NCBI GenBank assembly: GCA_020348925.1
Contig: CP070758.1
Span: 310,001-374,000 of the forward strand
Source: Gemmatimonadota bacterium
Lineage (GTDB): Bacteria > JBHIER01 > G020348925
Reading direction: 5' to 3'
Length of the DNA: 64,000 nucleotides
Shown here: positions 20,633-30,870 of the stretch, piece by piece
Layout of the letters: each line of letters begins with the position of its first letter
Position numbering within the stretch: position 1 is the first letter of the stretch
Translations under genes and position numbers: made by a program
The notes under the pieces: generated by a model
What the model was told of the DNA's origin: nothing
The model's input: the letters and a program-made list of their open reading frames with translations, nothing else
Database searches by the model: none

Positions 20633-22461
20633 TTGGCGTTCCAGTTGACCGTTTAAATACCATGCTGAGAGAACCTGTGGAGCGGGAGACTCTGCTGGGG
20701 TATCTTGAGCAATTGGGCTGCGATGTTGAGGGATTTGCAACCGTCAACCGGTTCCGGTGTCAGCGCTGCGGTGGCGTTACTGAGATTACCGAACAGGAGG
20801 GATTCCCCACCGCCTGCGACGGGTGTGGAGCCGACTTCACCAAAGGGGACGGAACGGCGGAGAACGTCGGCCAGACTGAGGTGATCCGCATGGAGCTGCT
20901 TCCGGTTCGACCGGACATGTTCGATGTCGGCGGCCTGGCCAGAACCCTGCGGGGCTATTTAGGCACGGAAGTCGGAAGCCCCTCATACAACGTCTCTTCA
21001 TCAGGATACTCTGTGAGCGTCGATGAGGGACTCTGCAGGCAGACGTCGTATCGACCGAACATCGTGTGCGCCGTTGTCCGCGGTTTGCTTTTGGATGAAG
21101 AGCTTCTAAAAATTATTATGAAGATGCAGGAGAACCTCCATTGGGCTCTGGGCCGAGATCGAAAGAAGGCGTCCATCGGAGTTTATGATCTCGACACAGT
21201 GGTGCCCGATTTCCATTACAAAGCCTTAGCCAATGATGAGATTCGATTTGTCCCTTTGGGTGGTATGCCTGACGATGCACAATCCCGGGAGGCATCGCCT
21301 CTTGAAATTTTGGGAGGGCATCCCAAAGGGACGGCATATCGCCATCTGCTTGCCGATTTTGACAGATATCCCATTCTTATGGATTCGAAGGGGACGGTCC
21401 TCTCAATGCCCCCCATTATCAACAGTGAGGATACGCGGGTTTCCGACAAAACAAAAAATCTTTTCATCGATGTGACCGGACCGGAAGCCAAGGATGTCCA
21501 CAGGGTCCTCAGCGTCCTTGTCACGTCGCTCACAGAGTTCGGCGGGACAATCGAAAGCGTGACGGTCATGAGCCCGAAGGGCGAAATCGTTGCCCCCGAT
21601 TTGAGTACGCAGACAATGGATCTTGATCCGAAGGAGTGTCAGAGAATCACAGGTATCGACATGACGGCTCATGAAACCGCTGACCTCCTCCGAAAAATGC
21701 GGCACAACGTACTGCAGGACGGAAATCGTTTGAGGGTCGAGATTGCGGCGTACAGAACTGATATTATGCACCCTGTCGATCTTTATGAGGATGTGGCCAT
21801 CGCCTACGGATATCACAATATACCGAAGCTGCTTGTGCCGACGTTGACCGTCGGCCATGGGAGGTCCATCGAGTTCGTATCTTCACTCGCCCGGCAGAAC
21901 ATGATTGGCTTGGGATTTCTCGAAGTGATTACGTTCATGCTGACCAATCCTGAGAACCACTATGCGAAACTGCGCATGGGTGAACCGCCGGATTATGTCA
22001 CGATAGAAAATCCGTCCTCGATTGAGCAGACAATGGTCAGAACACATCTCATTTCAGGGATATTGGAGACTTTCAAGCTGAACCGTTCACAACCGACACC
22101 GCAGCGAATATTCGAACTGGGAGATGTCTGCACCCTCGATCAAAAGACAGAAACCGGTGCCCGGGATGTGAGAAAGATAGCGGCGGCCACTATGGATCCT
22201 AAAACGGGGTTTGCTGAGGTCAAATCCGTCCTGGAAAGTATCGCGAGAGAGATTGGACTGAAGCCGGTTTTGACATCCAAGGATGTGCCTCTCTTTATAC
22301 AGGGCAGGAGTGCCGTCTTGATGGTTGGTGATCAGGAAGTCGGCCAGCTCGGTGAAGTGCATCCCGAGGTTTTGGAAAATTTTGATCTTGTTCAGCCGGT
22401 ATCTCTCTTCGAACTGATACTTCCCGAGGGGACGAACCGGTCGCATTTGGCGAGTTTGTGA
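20623..22461 (+). CDS. pheT: Phenylalanine--tRNA ligase beta subunit, archaeal/eukaryote-type, with CxxC..CxxC insertion
   Basis: GTG start overlapping the pheS stop; RPDM, QENLH..LGRDRKKASIGVYD, LSMPPIINS, RTDIMHPVDLYEDVAIAYGY, GEVHPEVL; no OB-fold or FDX-ACB domain evident. Confidence 0.9.
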   Translation: MPVIGVPVDRLNTMLREPVERETLLGYLEQLGCDVEGFATVNRFRCQRCGGVTEITEQEGFPTACDGCGADFTKGDGTAENVGQTEVIRMELLPVRPDMFDVGGLARTLRGYLGTEVGSPSYNVSSSGYSVSVDEGLCRQTSYRPNIVCAVVRGLLLDEELLKIIMKMQENLHWALGRDRKKASIGVYDLDTVVPDFHYKALANDEIRFVPLGGMPDDAQSREASPLEILGGHPKGTAYRHLLADFDRYPILMDSKGTVLSMPPIINSEDTRVSDKTKNLFIDVTGPEAKDVHRVLSVLVTSLTEFGGTIESVTVMSPKGEIVAPDLSTQTMDLDPKECQRITGIDMTAHETADLLRKMRHNVLQDGNRLRVEIAAYRTDIMHPVDLYEDVAIAYGYHNIPKLLVPTLTVGHGRSIEFVSSLARQNMIGLGFLEVITFMLTNPENHYAKLRMGEPPDYVTIENPSSIEQTMVRTHLISGILETFKLNRSQPTPQRIFELGDVCTLDQKTETGARDVRKIAAATMDPKTGFAEVKSVLESIAREIGLKPVLTSKDVPLFIQGRSAVLMVGDQEVGQLGEVHPEVLENFDLVQPVSLFELILPEGTNRSHLASL

Positions 22462-22468
22462 GATCCGT

Positions 22469-22999
22469 ATGGAGAATATTTACCTGATACCGATCGGTCA
22501 TATTGACGAAAAATTGTTGAGGCAATTAGCGAATGATCTTGAAGAGGAGTTTTCATACACGTGCGTCGTTGGTTCCAGATTGGACATCCCTCCGGTGGCG
22601 TACAATGTTGAGCGGAGTCAATTTTTAGCATCGGTCATTCTTGAAGAGATGAAATCGCATCTGCCCCAGAATGCCGAGAGGGTTTTGGGGGTGACGGATG
22701 TCGATCTCTATGTTCCTGACCTCAATTTTGTCTTTGGAATGGCCGATGTGCCCGGACCTGCGGCTCTCATCTCCGTGTGTCGGCTCTGGCAGGAATTTTA
22801 TGGACTGGAGCGGGACGAAGGACTCTTTCGGAGACGAATGATGAAAGAGGCAATTCATGAGCTCGGTCACTCATTCGGTCTGGCTCACTGCCAGAATCCC
22901 CAATGTGTCATGTCCTTCTCAAACAGCCTCATTGATACCGATAGAAAAGGTGAGGCTTTCTGCGCCGACTGCCGGAAACACATTAAGATTCCTGGGTAA
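22469..22999 (+). CDS. Archaemetzincin-family (M54) Zn metalloprotease
   Basis: DLY..LNFVFG.A, KEAIHELGHSFGLAHC..P.CVMSFSNS..DTDRK..FC..C. Confidence 0.9.
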   Translation: MENIYLIPIGHIDEKLLRQLANDLEEEFSYTCVVGSRLDIPPVAYNVERSQFLASVILEEMKSHLPQNAERVLGVTDVDLYVPDLNFVFGMADVPGPAALISVCRLWQEFYGLERDEGLFRRRMMKEAIHELGHSFGLAHCQNPQCVMSFSNSLIDTDRKGEAFCADCRKHIKIPG

Positions 23000-23008
23000 T
23001 ACATACGA

Positions 23009-24019
23009 GTGTCTCGGTTCTGTATGGAGCCATATATGCCTTCCAATGGAGTGGATCGAGTGACGTCGAAGGGTGAAGAGTGTGGTTCAATAGGTCCGCT
23101 GGAGCGCCGCGTGGCCATAATAGGCACCGGAGTCGTCGGGACGGCCATCGGGATAGCGCTGTCCCGTCGTGGTTATGCTGTTTCCGGTGTGGCGGATCGC
23201 ACCATTGATGTTGCCAGGAGGACGGCTCGCCGTCTTGGCCAGATTCATTATGGTACCGATGTTATCGAAGTCGCGAAGAAGGCCGACTTCATTTTTATCA
23301 CGACCGCTGATGATGCCATTGTCCCGACCTGCGAGACCATTGCTGCGGGGGGAGGAGTTATGCGGGGCGATATTTTTATCCACTGCAGTGGGGCTCTGAG
23401 TTCTGACGCCCTGGGATCGGCCAGGGATTGTGGCGCTTTCGTGGCGTCGATGCACCCTGTGGGCGTCTTCGCTGACGTTGAGACTGCCGTGGATCAACTC
23501 CCTACCCTTTCATACAGTTTGGAAGGAGACGATGAAGCCGTCACTGAAGCAGAAATTATCGTCAAGAAACTGGGTGGCACCCCTCTTCGTGTGTCGAAGG
23601 AGGAGAAGGTTTACTTACACATCGCTGCTTGCCTGACGGCCAACTACACGGTCACCCTGTTTGATGTCGCCCTCCAGGTGGTACGTCGTCTTCGGTTCTC
23701 CAAAGATGAGGCCGTTTCCGTTCTGCTGCCTCTGTTGAAGGGTGCGGTCGAAGCCTTAGAAAAAAATGGGATGCCGGGAGCTTTAACCGGACCCCTTGCC
23801 CGGGGCGATATCCATACGATTCGGCGACACATTGAAGCCATTCATTCCGTTGAAGAGCTCGTTCGCTTGTATTCTCTTCTCGGCATACGCACTTTATCCA
23901 TCGCTCGAGAGGGAGGGAAAATTGATGAGAAGACGGCATCGAGACTGAAGGATATTTTGAACGAATCTCTGATGAAAAGCAACCGTAATCCGCTCAACGG
24001 GGGAGGTGACAAACCATGA
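23009..24019 (+). CDS. Rossmann-like + DUF2520 oxidoreductase-family protein
   Basis: IIGTGVVG, HCSGA, SMHP, H.AA....N, ALTGPLARGD..TI..H; true start may be later (e.g. GTG 23051 or 23060). Confidence 0.82.
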   Translation: MSRFCMEPYMPSNGVDRVTSKGEECGSIGPLERRVAIIGTGVVGTAIGIALSRRGYAVSGVADRTIDVARRTARRLGQIHYGTDVIEVAKKADFIFITTADDAIVPTCETIAAGGGVMRGDIFIHCSGALSSDALGSARDCGAFVASMHPVGVFADVETAVDQLPTLSYSLEGDDEAVTEAEIIVKKLGGTPLRVSKEEKVYLHIAACLTANYTVTLFDVALQVVRRLRFSKDEAVSVLLPLLKGAVEALEKNGMPGALTGPLARGDIHTIRRHIEAIHSVEELVRLYSLLGIRTLSIAREGGKIDEKTASRLKDILNESLMKSNRNPLNGGGDKP

Positions 24020-25074
24020 TGGAACAGCTGGGATTGACCGGAGTGACGAAGGAGATCGTGCTCTCTGTCTTAATTGTCGCTGTATCATTTATAGCCGCGA
24101 AACTTTTGGATTTTCTGATCCGATGGATTGGGAGGCATGTGACCAGCCGTACCCGTACCGAGCTGGATGATGCTCTCATTAAGGCCATTGAAAAACCTGT
24201 TATTTATGCGGTCATTTTGGTTGGTTTTTACATCGCCGCTCACAGGTTGGCTCTCGCACCAGATGTCAAAGGGACCACGCTCAAGATTATTGACAGTATA
24301 CTCTTCACGCTTGCCATCCTCGTTGGAGCATCGATTCTTTGGCGAGTCTCTGACACCTTCATACACTGGTACACCCATACGGTAGCCGTTCGGACTTCGA
24401 CGCGATTCGATGATGAGTTCGCCCCCCTCATTGGCCGAGTGGTGAAAGCACTCGTCTTTTTTATCGCAGCCATTGTCATCCTCGATTACTTCGGAATTAA
24501 CGTCAACTCATTGGTGGTCTCCCTTGGCGTTGGATCCCTGGCTGTGGCACTGGCAGCAAAAGACACCCTGGCCAACATAATTGCGGGTATCGTCATCATG
24601 GTCGACCGTCCTTTTCGCATTGGAGATCGCATTCTCATCTCCTCAGGGGAGAAGGGGGATGTCTACGATATCGGACTCAGAAGCACGAAGATCCTCACCT
24701 TCGATAATACTCTTATCATTGTCCCAAATGCTCAGATCATTAACGAGAAACTCATTAATCTCACCTACCCAGATCCGAAAATTCGCGTAAGAATTGATGT
24801 CGGGGTAGCATACGGAACGGACTTGGAGAAGGTAAAAAAGATCATGGTTGATGTGTGCAAAGAACACCCGGATGTGATGGGTGAACCGGAGCCCCAATGC
24901 TGGTTTATCGGTTTCGGAGACTCATCGCTCAATCTTTCCGTGCGTTGCAGGGTACCGAATTTCGGACAGCAGTGGAGGGTTGAGGAAGAGATTCGGATGA
25001 AGATCAATAAGCGGTTTGAGGAAGAAGGAATCGAGATCCCTTTTCCACAGCGTGTCGTTCATGTGAAAAAATGA
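24016..25074 (+). CDS. MscS-family mechanosensitive channel
   Basis: LGVGSLAVALAAKDTLANIIAG..DRPFRIGDRI, IGLRST, VPN, GVAYGTD, FGDSSLN, GIEIPFPQR. Confidence 0.93.
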   Translation: MMEQLGLTGVTKEIVLSVLIVAVSFIAAKLLDFLIRWIGRHVTSRTRTELDDALIKAIEKPVIYAVILVGFYIAAHRLALAPDVKGTTLKIIDSILFTLAILVGASILWRVSDTFIHWYTHTVAVRTSTRFDDEFAPLIGRVVKALVFFIAAIVILDYFGINVNSLVVSLGVGSLAVALAAKDTLANIIAGIVIMVDRPFRIGDRILISSGEKGDVYDIGLRSTKILTFDNTLIIVPNAQIINEKLINLTYPDPKIRVRIDVGVAYGTDLEKVKKIMVDVCKEHPDVMGEPEPQCWFIGFGDSSLNLSVRCRVPNFGQQWRVEEEIRMKINKRFEEEGIEIPFPQRVVHVKK

Positions 25075-25145
25075 GTGCCTGTAAACGGTGGGGAGAACAA
25101 CTTTCACGCATGAGGTGAAAACTATACATTCAACGGAAAGAGGTT

Positions 25146-26090
25146 ATGGAACGGAAGACTGCTCTTGTTTACGATGACGACTATTTGCGTCATGACACGG
25201 GTTCACATCCAGAAAACGCGGAACGGCTTCGATGCGTCATGGAGAGACTGTCCGAAGATCCCATTTTCAATGAGTTGATACTGGTCAAACCGAGAAAAGC
25301 GCCCATCGAATGCGTCGAGTACGTTCATCCGATTGAATATATTCGGACTATTGACCAGACCTGCCGAAAGGGGGCGAGATATCTCGATATGGACACTGTT
25401 ATTTCTCCCCATTCCTATTGGGTCGCTCTCTTAGCAGCCGGAGGTGTGATCACTGCGGTCGATGCCATTATGAACGGCAGGGCCGATAACGCCATGGCTC
25501 TGGTGAGACCACCCGGTCACCACGCGGAGCCTGAGCGAGCCATGGGATTTTGTCTGTTTAATAATGTGGCCATCGGGGCCCGATACGCTCAGAAGCGATA
25601 CGATTTAGACAGGGTCGCCATCATCGATTGGGACGTGCACCACGGGAACGGCACACAGCGCATTTTTTACAGCGACCCTTCTGTTCTGTACATCTCGCTC
25701 CATCAGTATCCTCATTATCCTGGCACGGGTTCGCGGGGAGAGGAAGGGGTAGGCGAGGGCTGCGGTTTTACCCTCAATTTCCCCCTCTCGGCCGGAAGTG
25801 GTGATAACGAGTACATGGCCATCTTTCAAGAGCATATCCTTCCAAAGCTTGAGACCTTCCGACCCAATATACTCTTTATATCTGCTGGCTTTGACGGCCA
25901 CAAAGATGATCCCCTGGCAGGAATGAATCTGACGAATGAGGGCTACGCAATTATGACGGACACCCTTGTCCGCTTCTCGGAAAACCATTGTGAGAAAAGA
26001 ATCGTCTCTGTCTTAGAAGGGGGGTATAACCTTGGAACATTGCCGGGAACGGTCTTGTTTCACATCCGAAAACTATCAGGTTTTCAATAA
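25146..26090 (+). CDS. Histone-deacetylase-family amidohydrolase
   Basis: HPENAERL, RPPGHHA, GFCLFNN, DWDVHHGNGTQ, SAGFDGH..DPL, LEGGY. Confidence 0.93.
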   Translation: MERKTALVYDDDYLRHDTGSHPENAERLRCVMERLSEDPIFNELILVKPRKAPIECVEYVHPIEYIRTIDQTCRKGARYLDMDTVISPHSYWVALLAAGGVITAVDAIMNGRADNAMALVRPPGHHAEPERAMGFCLFNNVAIGARYAQKRYDLDRVAIIDWDVHHGNGTQRIFYSDPSVLYISLHQYPHYPGTGSRGEEGVGEGCGFTLNFPLSAGSGDNEYMAIFQEHILPKLETFRPNILFISAGFDGHKDDPLAGMNLTNEGYAIMTDTLVRFSENHCEKRIVSVLEGGYNLGTLPGTVLFHIRKLSGFQ

Positions 26091-26228
26091 GTTGGCAATA
26101 TTCTACCGTGAATAGGGCTTGATTTTTCAAGTGGAAGTTCATATATTTAATTTTTTCTGAGGGACAGGGACAGCAAAACGTAATATTCTCCGTATAACCT
26201 ATGACACCTTAATGAGAAAGGAGAGAAG

Positions 26229-27467
26229 ATGGATACATCTCTGTTTCAGAAAATAGGAGATCGTATAGAGGGCTATAAAGATGAAATGATCCATATGGAA
26301 ACGGAACTGACAGCCATTCCTGCCTTGAGCCCGGAGAACGAAGGCGAGGGGGAATTGGAAAAGTCGAAATACATAAAGAAGGTTCTTGACGAGTTACAGG
26401 TCGACGAGCTTCTCGAGATGAATGCCCCGGACGACCGTGTATCCTGCGGGTACCGGCCGAATCTCGGGGTACGCTTTAAGGGCAAAAGCAGCGAGAGGAC
26501 TGTCTGGGTTATGTCCCATATGGACATTGTCCCCCCGGGTGAGTTATCGTTGTGGGAGAGTGATCCCTACAAGGTGAAAGTTGAGGGGAATAAAATATAC
26601 GGCCGCGGAGTGGAGGATAATCAGCAGGGCCTTGTTGCCTCAATTTTTGCTGTGAAAGCGTTGCAGGATGAAGGGATTCAGCCCGAGCACGATGTCGGAC
26701 TGGTTATTGTGGCCGACGAGGAGACCGGGAGCAAGTTCGGCATTCAGTATGTTCTTCAAAACCACAAGGACATTTTTAAAACTCAGGATCTCATCGTCGT
26801 ACCTGATGCGGGGAATCCTGAAGGGACCATGATCGAGGTCGCTGAAAAGAGCATTCTCTGGCTCAGGTTTGAGACCAAGGGGAAGCAGTGCCACGGATCG
26901 ACTCCGGAAAAGGGCATCAATGCCTTCAAGGCGGCGAGCCATTTGGTCGTCAAGCTCAACGAACTCTATAAAATTTTCGATGCCAGTGACCCTCTCTTCG
27001 ATCCGCCGATCAGTACCTTCGAGCCGACGAAGAAGGAAGCGAACGTGCCGAATGTGAATACCATCCCAGGCGACGATGTCTTCTTCTTCGACTCCCGAAT
27101 TTTACCCAAGTACAATGTCGATGAGATTGAAGCGAAGGTGCAGGAGATGGTCCAGGAGGTCCAGAAAGAGTTCGGGGTAGCCATTACTATAAGCTCGCCG
27201 CAGCGGGAGTCGGCGGCACCGCCCACACCGGCCGATGCCCCGGTGGTTGCTTCGCTGAAGGCGGCCATCAAAGATGTCTATGGTCGTGAGGCAAAAGCGA
27301 TGGGGATCGGCGGCGGCACGGTGGCGGCCTATTTCCGGCACGCCGGCTTCAACGCCGCCGTGTGGTCCACCTTGGACGAGCTGGCCCACCAGCCCAATGA
27401 GTATTGTGTCATCGACAACCTTATTGGCGACACAAAAGTCTTCGCCCATATGATGCTGCAGACGTAA
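26229..27467 (+). CDS. M20-family metallohydrolase (ArgE/DapE-like)
   Basis: SHMDIVPPG, GRGVEDN, DEETGS, GKQCHGS, NTIPG, GGGT, AHQPNEY. Confidence 0.9.
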   Translation: MDTSLFQKIGDRIEGYKDEMIHMETELTAIPALSPENEGEGELEKSKYIKKVLDELQVDELLEMNAPDDRVSCGYRPNLGVRFKGKSSERTVWVMSHMDIVPPGELSLWESDPYKVKVEGNKIYGRGVEDNQQGLVASIFAVKALQDEGIQPEHDVGLVIVADEETGSKFGIQYVLQNHKDIFKTQDLIVVPDAGNPEGTMIEVAEKSILWLRFETKGKQCHGSTPEKGINAFKAASHLVVKLNELYKIFDASDPLFDPPISTFEPTKKEANVPNVNTIPGDDVFFFDSRILPKYNVDEIEAKVQEMVQEVQKEFGVAITISSPQRESAAPPTPADAPVVASLKAAIKDVYGREAKAMGIGGGTVAAYFRHAGFNAAVWSTLDELAHQPNEYCVIDNLIGDTKVFAHMMLQT

Positions 27468-27490
27468 GCCATCCTATCGATAAACAACAG

Positions 27491-27527
27491 AAAGCTGTCG
27501 GAACACATATGTCCCGGCAGCTTTTTT
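27491..27527. terminator. Probable bidirectional terminator between convergent units
   Basis: AAAGCTGTCGG..CCGGCAGCTTTTTT. Confidence 0.65.
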
Positions 27528-27699
27528 GGGACCTGGGACGTTGTCCGTATTGAAGGAATACACTGATCAAGAGCTTCCGATATGTATTTCCGATGATATG
27601 ATCTGATTTCGCCAATGGATCATATAGAATTTCAAAGATAGACTGTCGTGTTGAAAATCGAACATGGTTATTAGATATCCCCAAAAATCGCAGAAGTTA

Positions 27700-27905
27700 A
27701 ATAACCGTCTTTCATTATCGTCTTTTCGGAAATCTTTTCCCATCACTGATGTACCGTAGTACTCCCCAAGTCCTCAATTTAAAATCGCACCACATCATCC
27801 AATATTTTGGTGTGCTAACCGGAAACGAGAGATTCAACAAATACGATGTCGTTGGAACTGCTGTGGCCGACAAATGTCACCGCTTCCAGGAGTTGAAAAG
27901 TTGCC
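27700..27905 (-). pseudogene. Decayed FHA-domain gene
   Basis: Minus-strand translation TFQLLEAVTFVGHSSSNDIVFVESLVSG*HTKILDD..*IEDLGST..(frameshifts)..KISEKTIMKDG follows the FHA pattern GR...DI...VS..H..I....DLGSTNGT...L.DGD. Confidence 0.6.
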
Positions 27906-28069
27906 CCTCTTCTGAGGCTTTCGAACCACGACCTGTTTAGCCCATGAATCCTTACTTTCTGCGAGCTGGGACTGGCATTGTGTGCAATATATACGTTGAA
28001 ATCAATTTGGGTGGCCGCAATTGAGACAGAGAATCATCTATTCATACGCAATGTCTTCTTAAATTTTTC

Positions 28070-28776
28070 CGCCTCTTCTCGACGACTCAAAGGAAGGCTC
28101 CGCCGACTGTCGGGTCAAATTGTATCCCGGCTTTTCCCTTGAATTCCTCGATGGCTGCAGAAGGAGTATGTTTTGCGATAGGGGCGATCGCATGTCATGG
28201 CATCGAAAGCATCCTCGACAGTGATGATCCGGGCTCCGTTTGGTATCTCCAATCCTTCCAATTCTTTTGAATATCCCTCCCCGTCAAAAGCCTCGTGATG
28301 GTGCACAGCAAAGGGAAGAATCTCCGAGACCAGCTCAATGGGCTCTATGATATTGGCTCCCATGAGCGGATGATCTCCGACAGTTCCCCGTTCGACTTTA
28401 TTGAGCTTTCCAAGTCTGCGCAGTATTTTTTCGTCAATCCCTATCTGCCCAACATCAGGCAGGAGGGCTGTCTAACGAAGGAATTCGAACTGCTTGTCGG
28501 ATAGCTTCAGCTCAATACCTATGGCTTTCGCACATCCATTCACTCTGGCCGAATGACCACAGGTCTATGGATCTTTGGCCACGATGGCGGCAAGTATCTT
28601 CAGAATATCAAGAAAAAGCTATTGATATTTCAGTATTCTCTCACGCAGTTCTGCATAGATGATATCGCGTTCCGTCTCGCAACTCGGAACGGTCGTCTGC
28701 AATTGCCCGTATGTTTCTCCAATTTCTCCAGGAGCCGCTCGTTTTCATTCTTAAGCTTTTGAAGTTCATGCATCAT
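28070..28776 (-). pseudogene. Decayed HD-GYP phosphodiesterase gene
   Basis: AKDP*TCGHSARV, LL(P)DVG, HP..GA.I, HHHEAFDGEGY(S), DAFDAMTCDRPYRK, QFDP; three in-frame TAG stops, frameshifts, HD changed to PD and GYP to GYS. Confidence 0.85.
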
Positions 28777-28784
28777 TGGAGACC

Positions 28785-30536
28785 TTATGCCTGAATGATT
28801 TCGGTCCTCTCTAAATTATGGTTGTATCGAATAACGCAATTCCCTCCCGTTTTTTTTGCCACGTACAATGCCTTATCGGCATGTTCCACTAACTTTACCT
28901 TCGACTGAGCATCTTCAGGATAAATAGCGACACCAACGCTCACTGTCAGTCTCCCTCCTGAGATCCCACCCTGCCCCTCAAAAGGGTATTTGTGTACAAG
29001 TTTCCGAATTCGTTCAGCCTGATGCTCCGCATCGTCGGCATCGGTTTCAGGCAGAAGGATGCAAAATTCATCCCCCCCATATCTGGCGACGAAATCAATC
29101 TCTCTGACGTTCGTTTCAAGCAATTGAGCCAGCACTTTCAGGATGTTGTCACCGGGAATATGTCCGAAGGTATCGTTGTATTCCTTGAAATGGTCAATGT
29201 CCATCATGATGAAGGCCAGGGGTCGTTTAAACCTGTTGGAGCGCTTCATCTCTTCACTCAATTTCCGGTTCAAATGCCTTCGATTGGACAATTTTGTCAG
29301 ATCATCTAACGTTGACAGTTCCTCAAGTTTCTTGTTTGATACCTTCAGTTCGGCTTCGGTGCGCCTCACTTTGTCGATCAGCTTTCCCAACCCCACATTC
29401 TCTTTTTGAACCGCGCCCAAAAGGCGCAGTGTCTTCAGGTGTTGTCTTCCGGCAATTTTGAGCTCATGCCGCAATGAGTCGCTTGTTTTTCTCAACTCGC
29501 CACCTAAGCTCTCACGACACGATACGTCTCTGTCTATTATGGTCAGGCCGGTCACATAGCCCTCGGCGTCAGTCAAAGGAAAGCATGTTGTCAGAACCAG
29601 GTGTCTCCTGCCATCTTTCCCGATGCGAGATGATTTCGTTTCTATCGAACCTCCTTCCTCAGCAAGCCTCTTTGAGAGACCTTTTGATCTGCCCCGGTGC
29701 TCAGGCGGATCTAAGAGATCATCCATATTGTTGCCTATAACCTCTTCTTTTCGATAACCATAGAGACTTTCGGCACCAGCGTTCCAGCTCTTGATCGTAC
29801 CATCCATATTTACGGTAAAGATAGCGTCTTTCGTATATTCAGTCAAATTCGCCAAAAAGTTTCGTGTTATTCTGGTCTCCCTCTCTATACTCATTCGTTG
29901 CAGGGCTAATCCCACAATACTCGCAAAGACTTCCAACGTCTCGATGTTTCTGAGAGTCGGTTCATTCTTGTCCGGAGGATAGCTTACGGCGAACACACCG
30001 ATCATAGTATCTCGGTCATCCTGAAAGGGAACAATGACACTACCGTGAAAGGCACGACAGTTTTCAACATCTTTACCAGAGACCTCCTCCGGTGCATTTT
30101 CTTCAACTCCACTCCTTCCTGTAGGAGATTGAATATAATACGATCTGCTGATCTTTTTACCGCTGCGCATGACGCTCTTCACGGCGCTCAATGAAAACGT
30201 TTTTTTCTCCAATTTCCCGAATTTCTGAATCTCGCCTCTGGATACTCTGCACTCCAGTCTCATTTCTGAGCCATGGACGAGACAGACCATAACGCTTTCA
30301 TAACCGAAGCCGTCCTTCATGGCTCTTGCCATTTCTTTCAAAAGATCTTCTCTCTTCCGAAATGTCATAAATTCTGAGATTAGTCGGTGAAGAATAGACA
30401 ACAGCTCCGCTTCTTGCGACGATGACGTCGTCCCAGACGTGGGATTCGGCGAGAGATCATGTCCAATCGAGGGCATCTTGAGGCTATCTTCCTCGACCTT
30501 TCTCTTGCGGTCTATAGAGGGGTATCGGTTATGCAT
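28785..30536 (-). CDS. GAF-PAS-coiled-coil-GGDEF diguanylate cyclase
   Basis: PAS (DAIFTVNMDG.I.SWN.GAE.LYGY), D.LT.L.NRR, DIDHFKEYNDTFGHIPGD, I-site REID, RYGGDEF, AD.ALY.AK..G.N. Confidence 0.93.
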   Translation of the reverse strand: MHNRYPSIDRKRKVEEDSLKMPSIGHDLSPNPTSGTTSSSQEAELLSILHRLISEFMTFRKREDLLKEMARAMKDGFGYESVMVCLVHGSEMRLECRVSRGEIQKFGKLEKKTFSLSAVKSVMRSGKKISRSYYIQSPTGRSGVEENAPEEVSGKDVENCRAFHGSVIVPFQDDRDTMIGVFAVSYPPDKNEPTLRNIETLEVFASIVGLALQRMSIERETRITRNFLANLTEYTKDAIFTVNMDGTIKSWNAGAESLYGYRKEEVIGNNMDDLLDPPEHRGRSKGLSKRLAEEGGSIETKSSRIGKDGRRHLVLTTCFPLTDAEGYVTGLTIIDRDVSCRESLGGELRKTSDSLRHELKIAGRQHLKTLRLLGAVQKENVGLGKLIDKVRRTEAELKVSNKKLEELSTLDDLTKLSNRRHLNRKLSEEMKRSNRFKRPLAFIMMDIDHFKEYNDTFGHIPGDNILKVLAQLLETNVREIDFVARYGGDEFCILLPETDADDAEHQAERIRKLVHKYPFEGQGGISGGRLTVSVGVAIYPEDAQSKVKLVEHADKALYVAKKTGGNCVIRYNHNLERTEIIQA

Positions 30537-30594
30537 GCTTTGAGAATAATTTAGCTCAGAATCAATTGTGCATTCATCTCTTTTTCACCTGAGT

Positions 30595-30726
30595 CTAATC
30601 CCTTTCCAGTTGGGTAATCCTTTGACGAATCTCTTTGGCATCCTCCCTTGCACACAGGCTACGGAACGGATGTTCGGCCTGCAGCCTGATGTTTGATCCG
30701 GAGGTTGTTTCAGTTATTCGATTCAT
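30595..30726 (-). pseudogene. Possible remnant of a third TPR-paralog C-terminus
   Basis: LQAEHPFRSLCAREDAKEIRQRITQLERD resembles the TPR tails AFEGFSALEAKEDLAKVQKELTILE and AIEGFGNLGAKEDVARARKEI. Confidence 0.35.
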
Positions 30727-30870
30727 AATATGTTGTTTTCCTGCTTGTGTGTGTCCTTGCACCTCTGTAACAAGCAATCCAGGCTATACGTGCAATAAGC
30801 CCTTTTCGATATAAAAAGGCCTTTTGCACTACATCCATTATCATTCTTGAAATATTTTAGAATCGTATCC

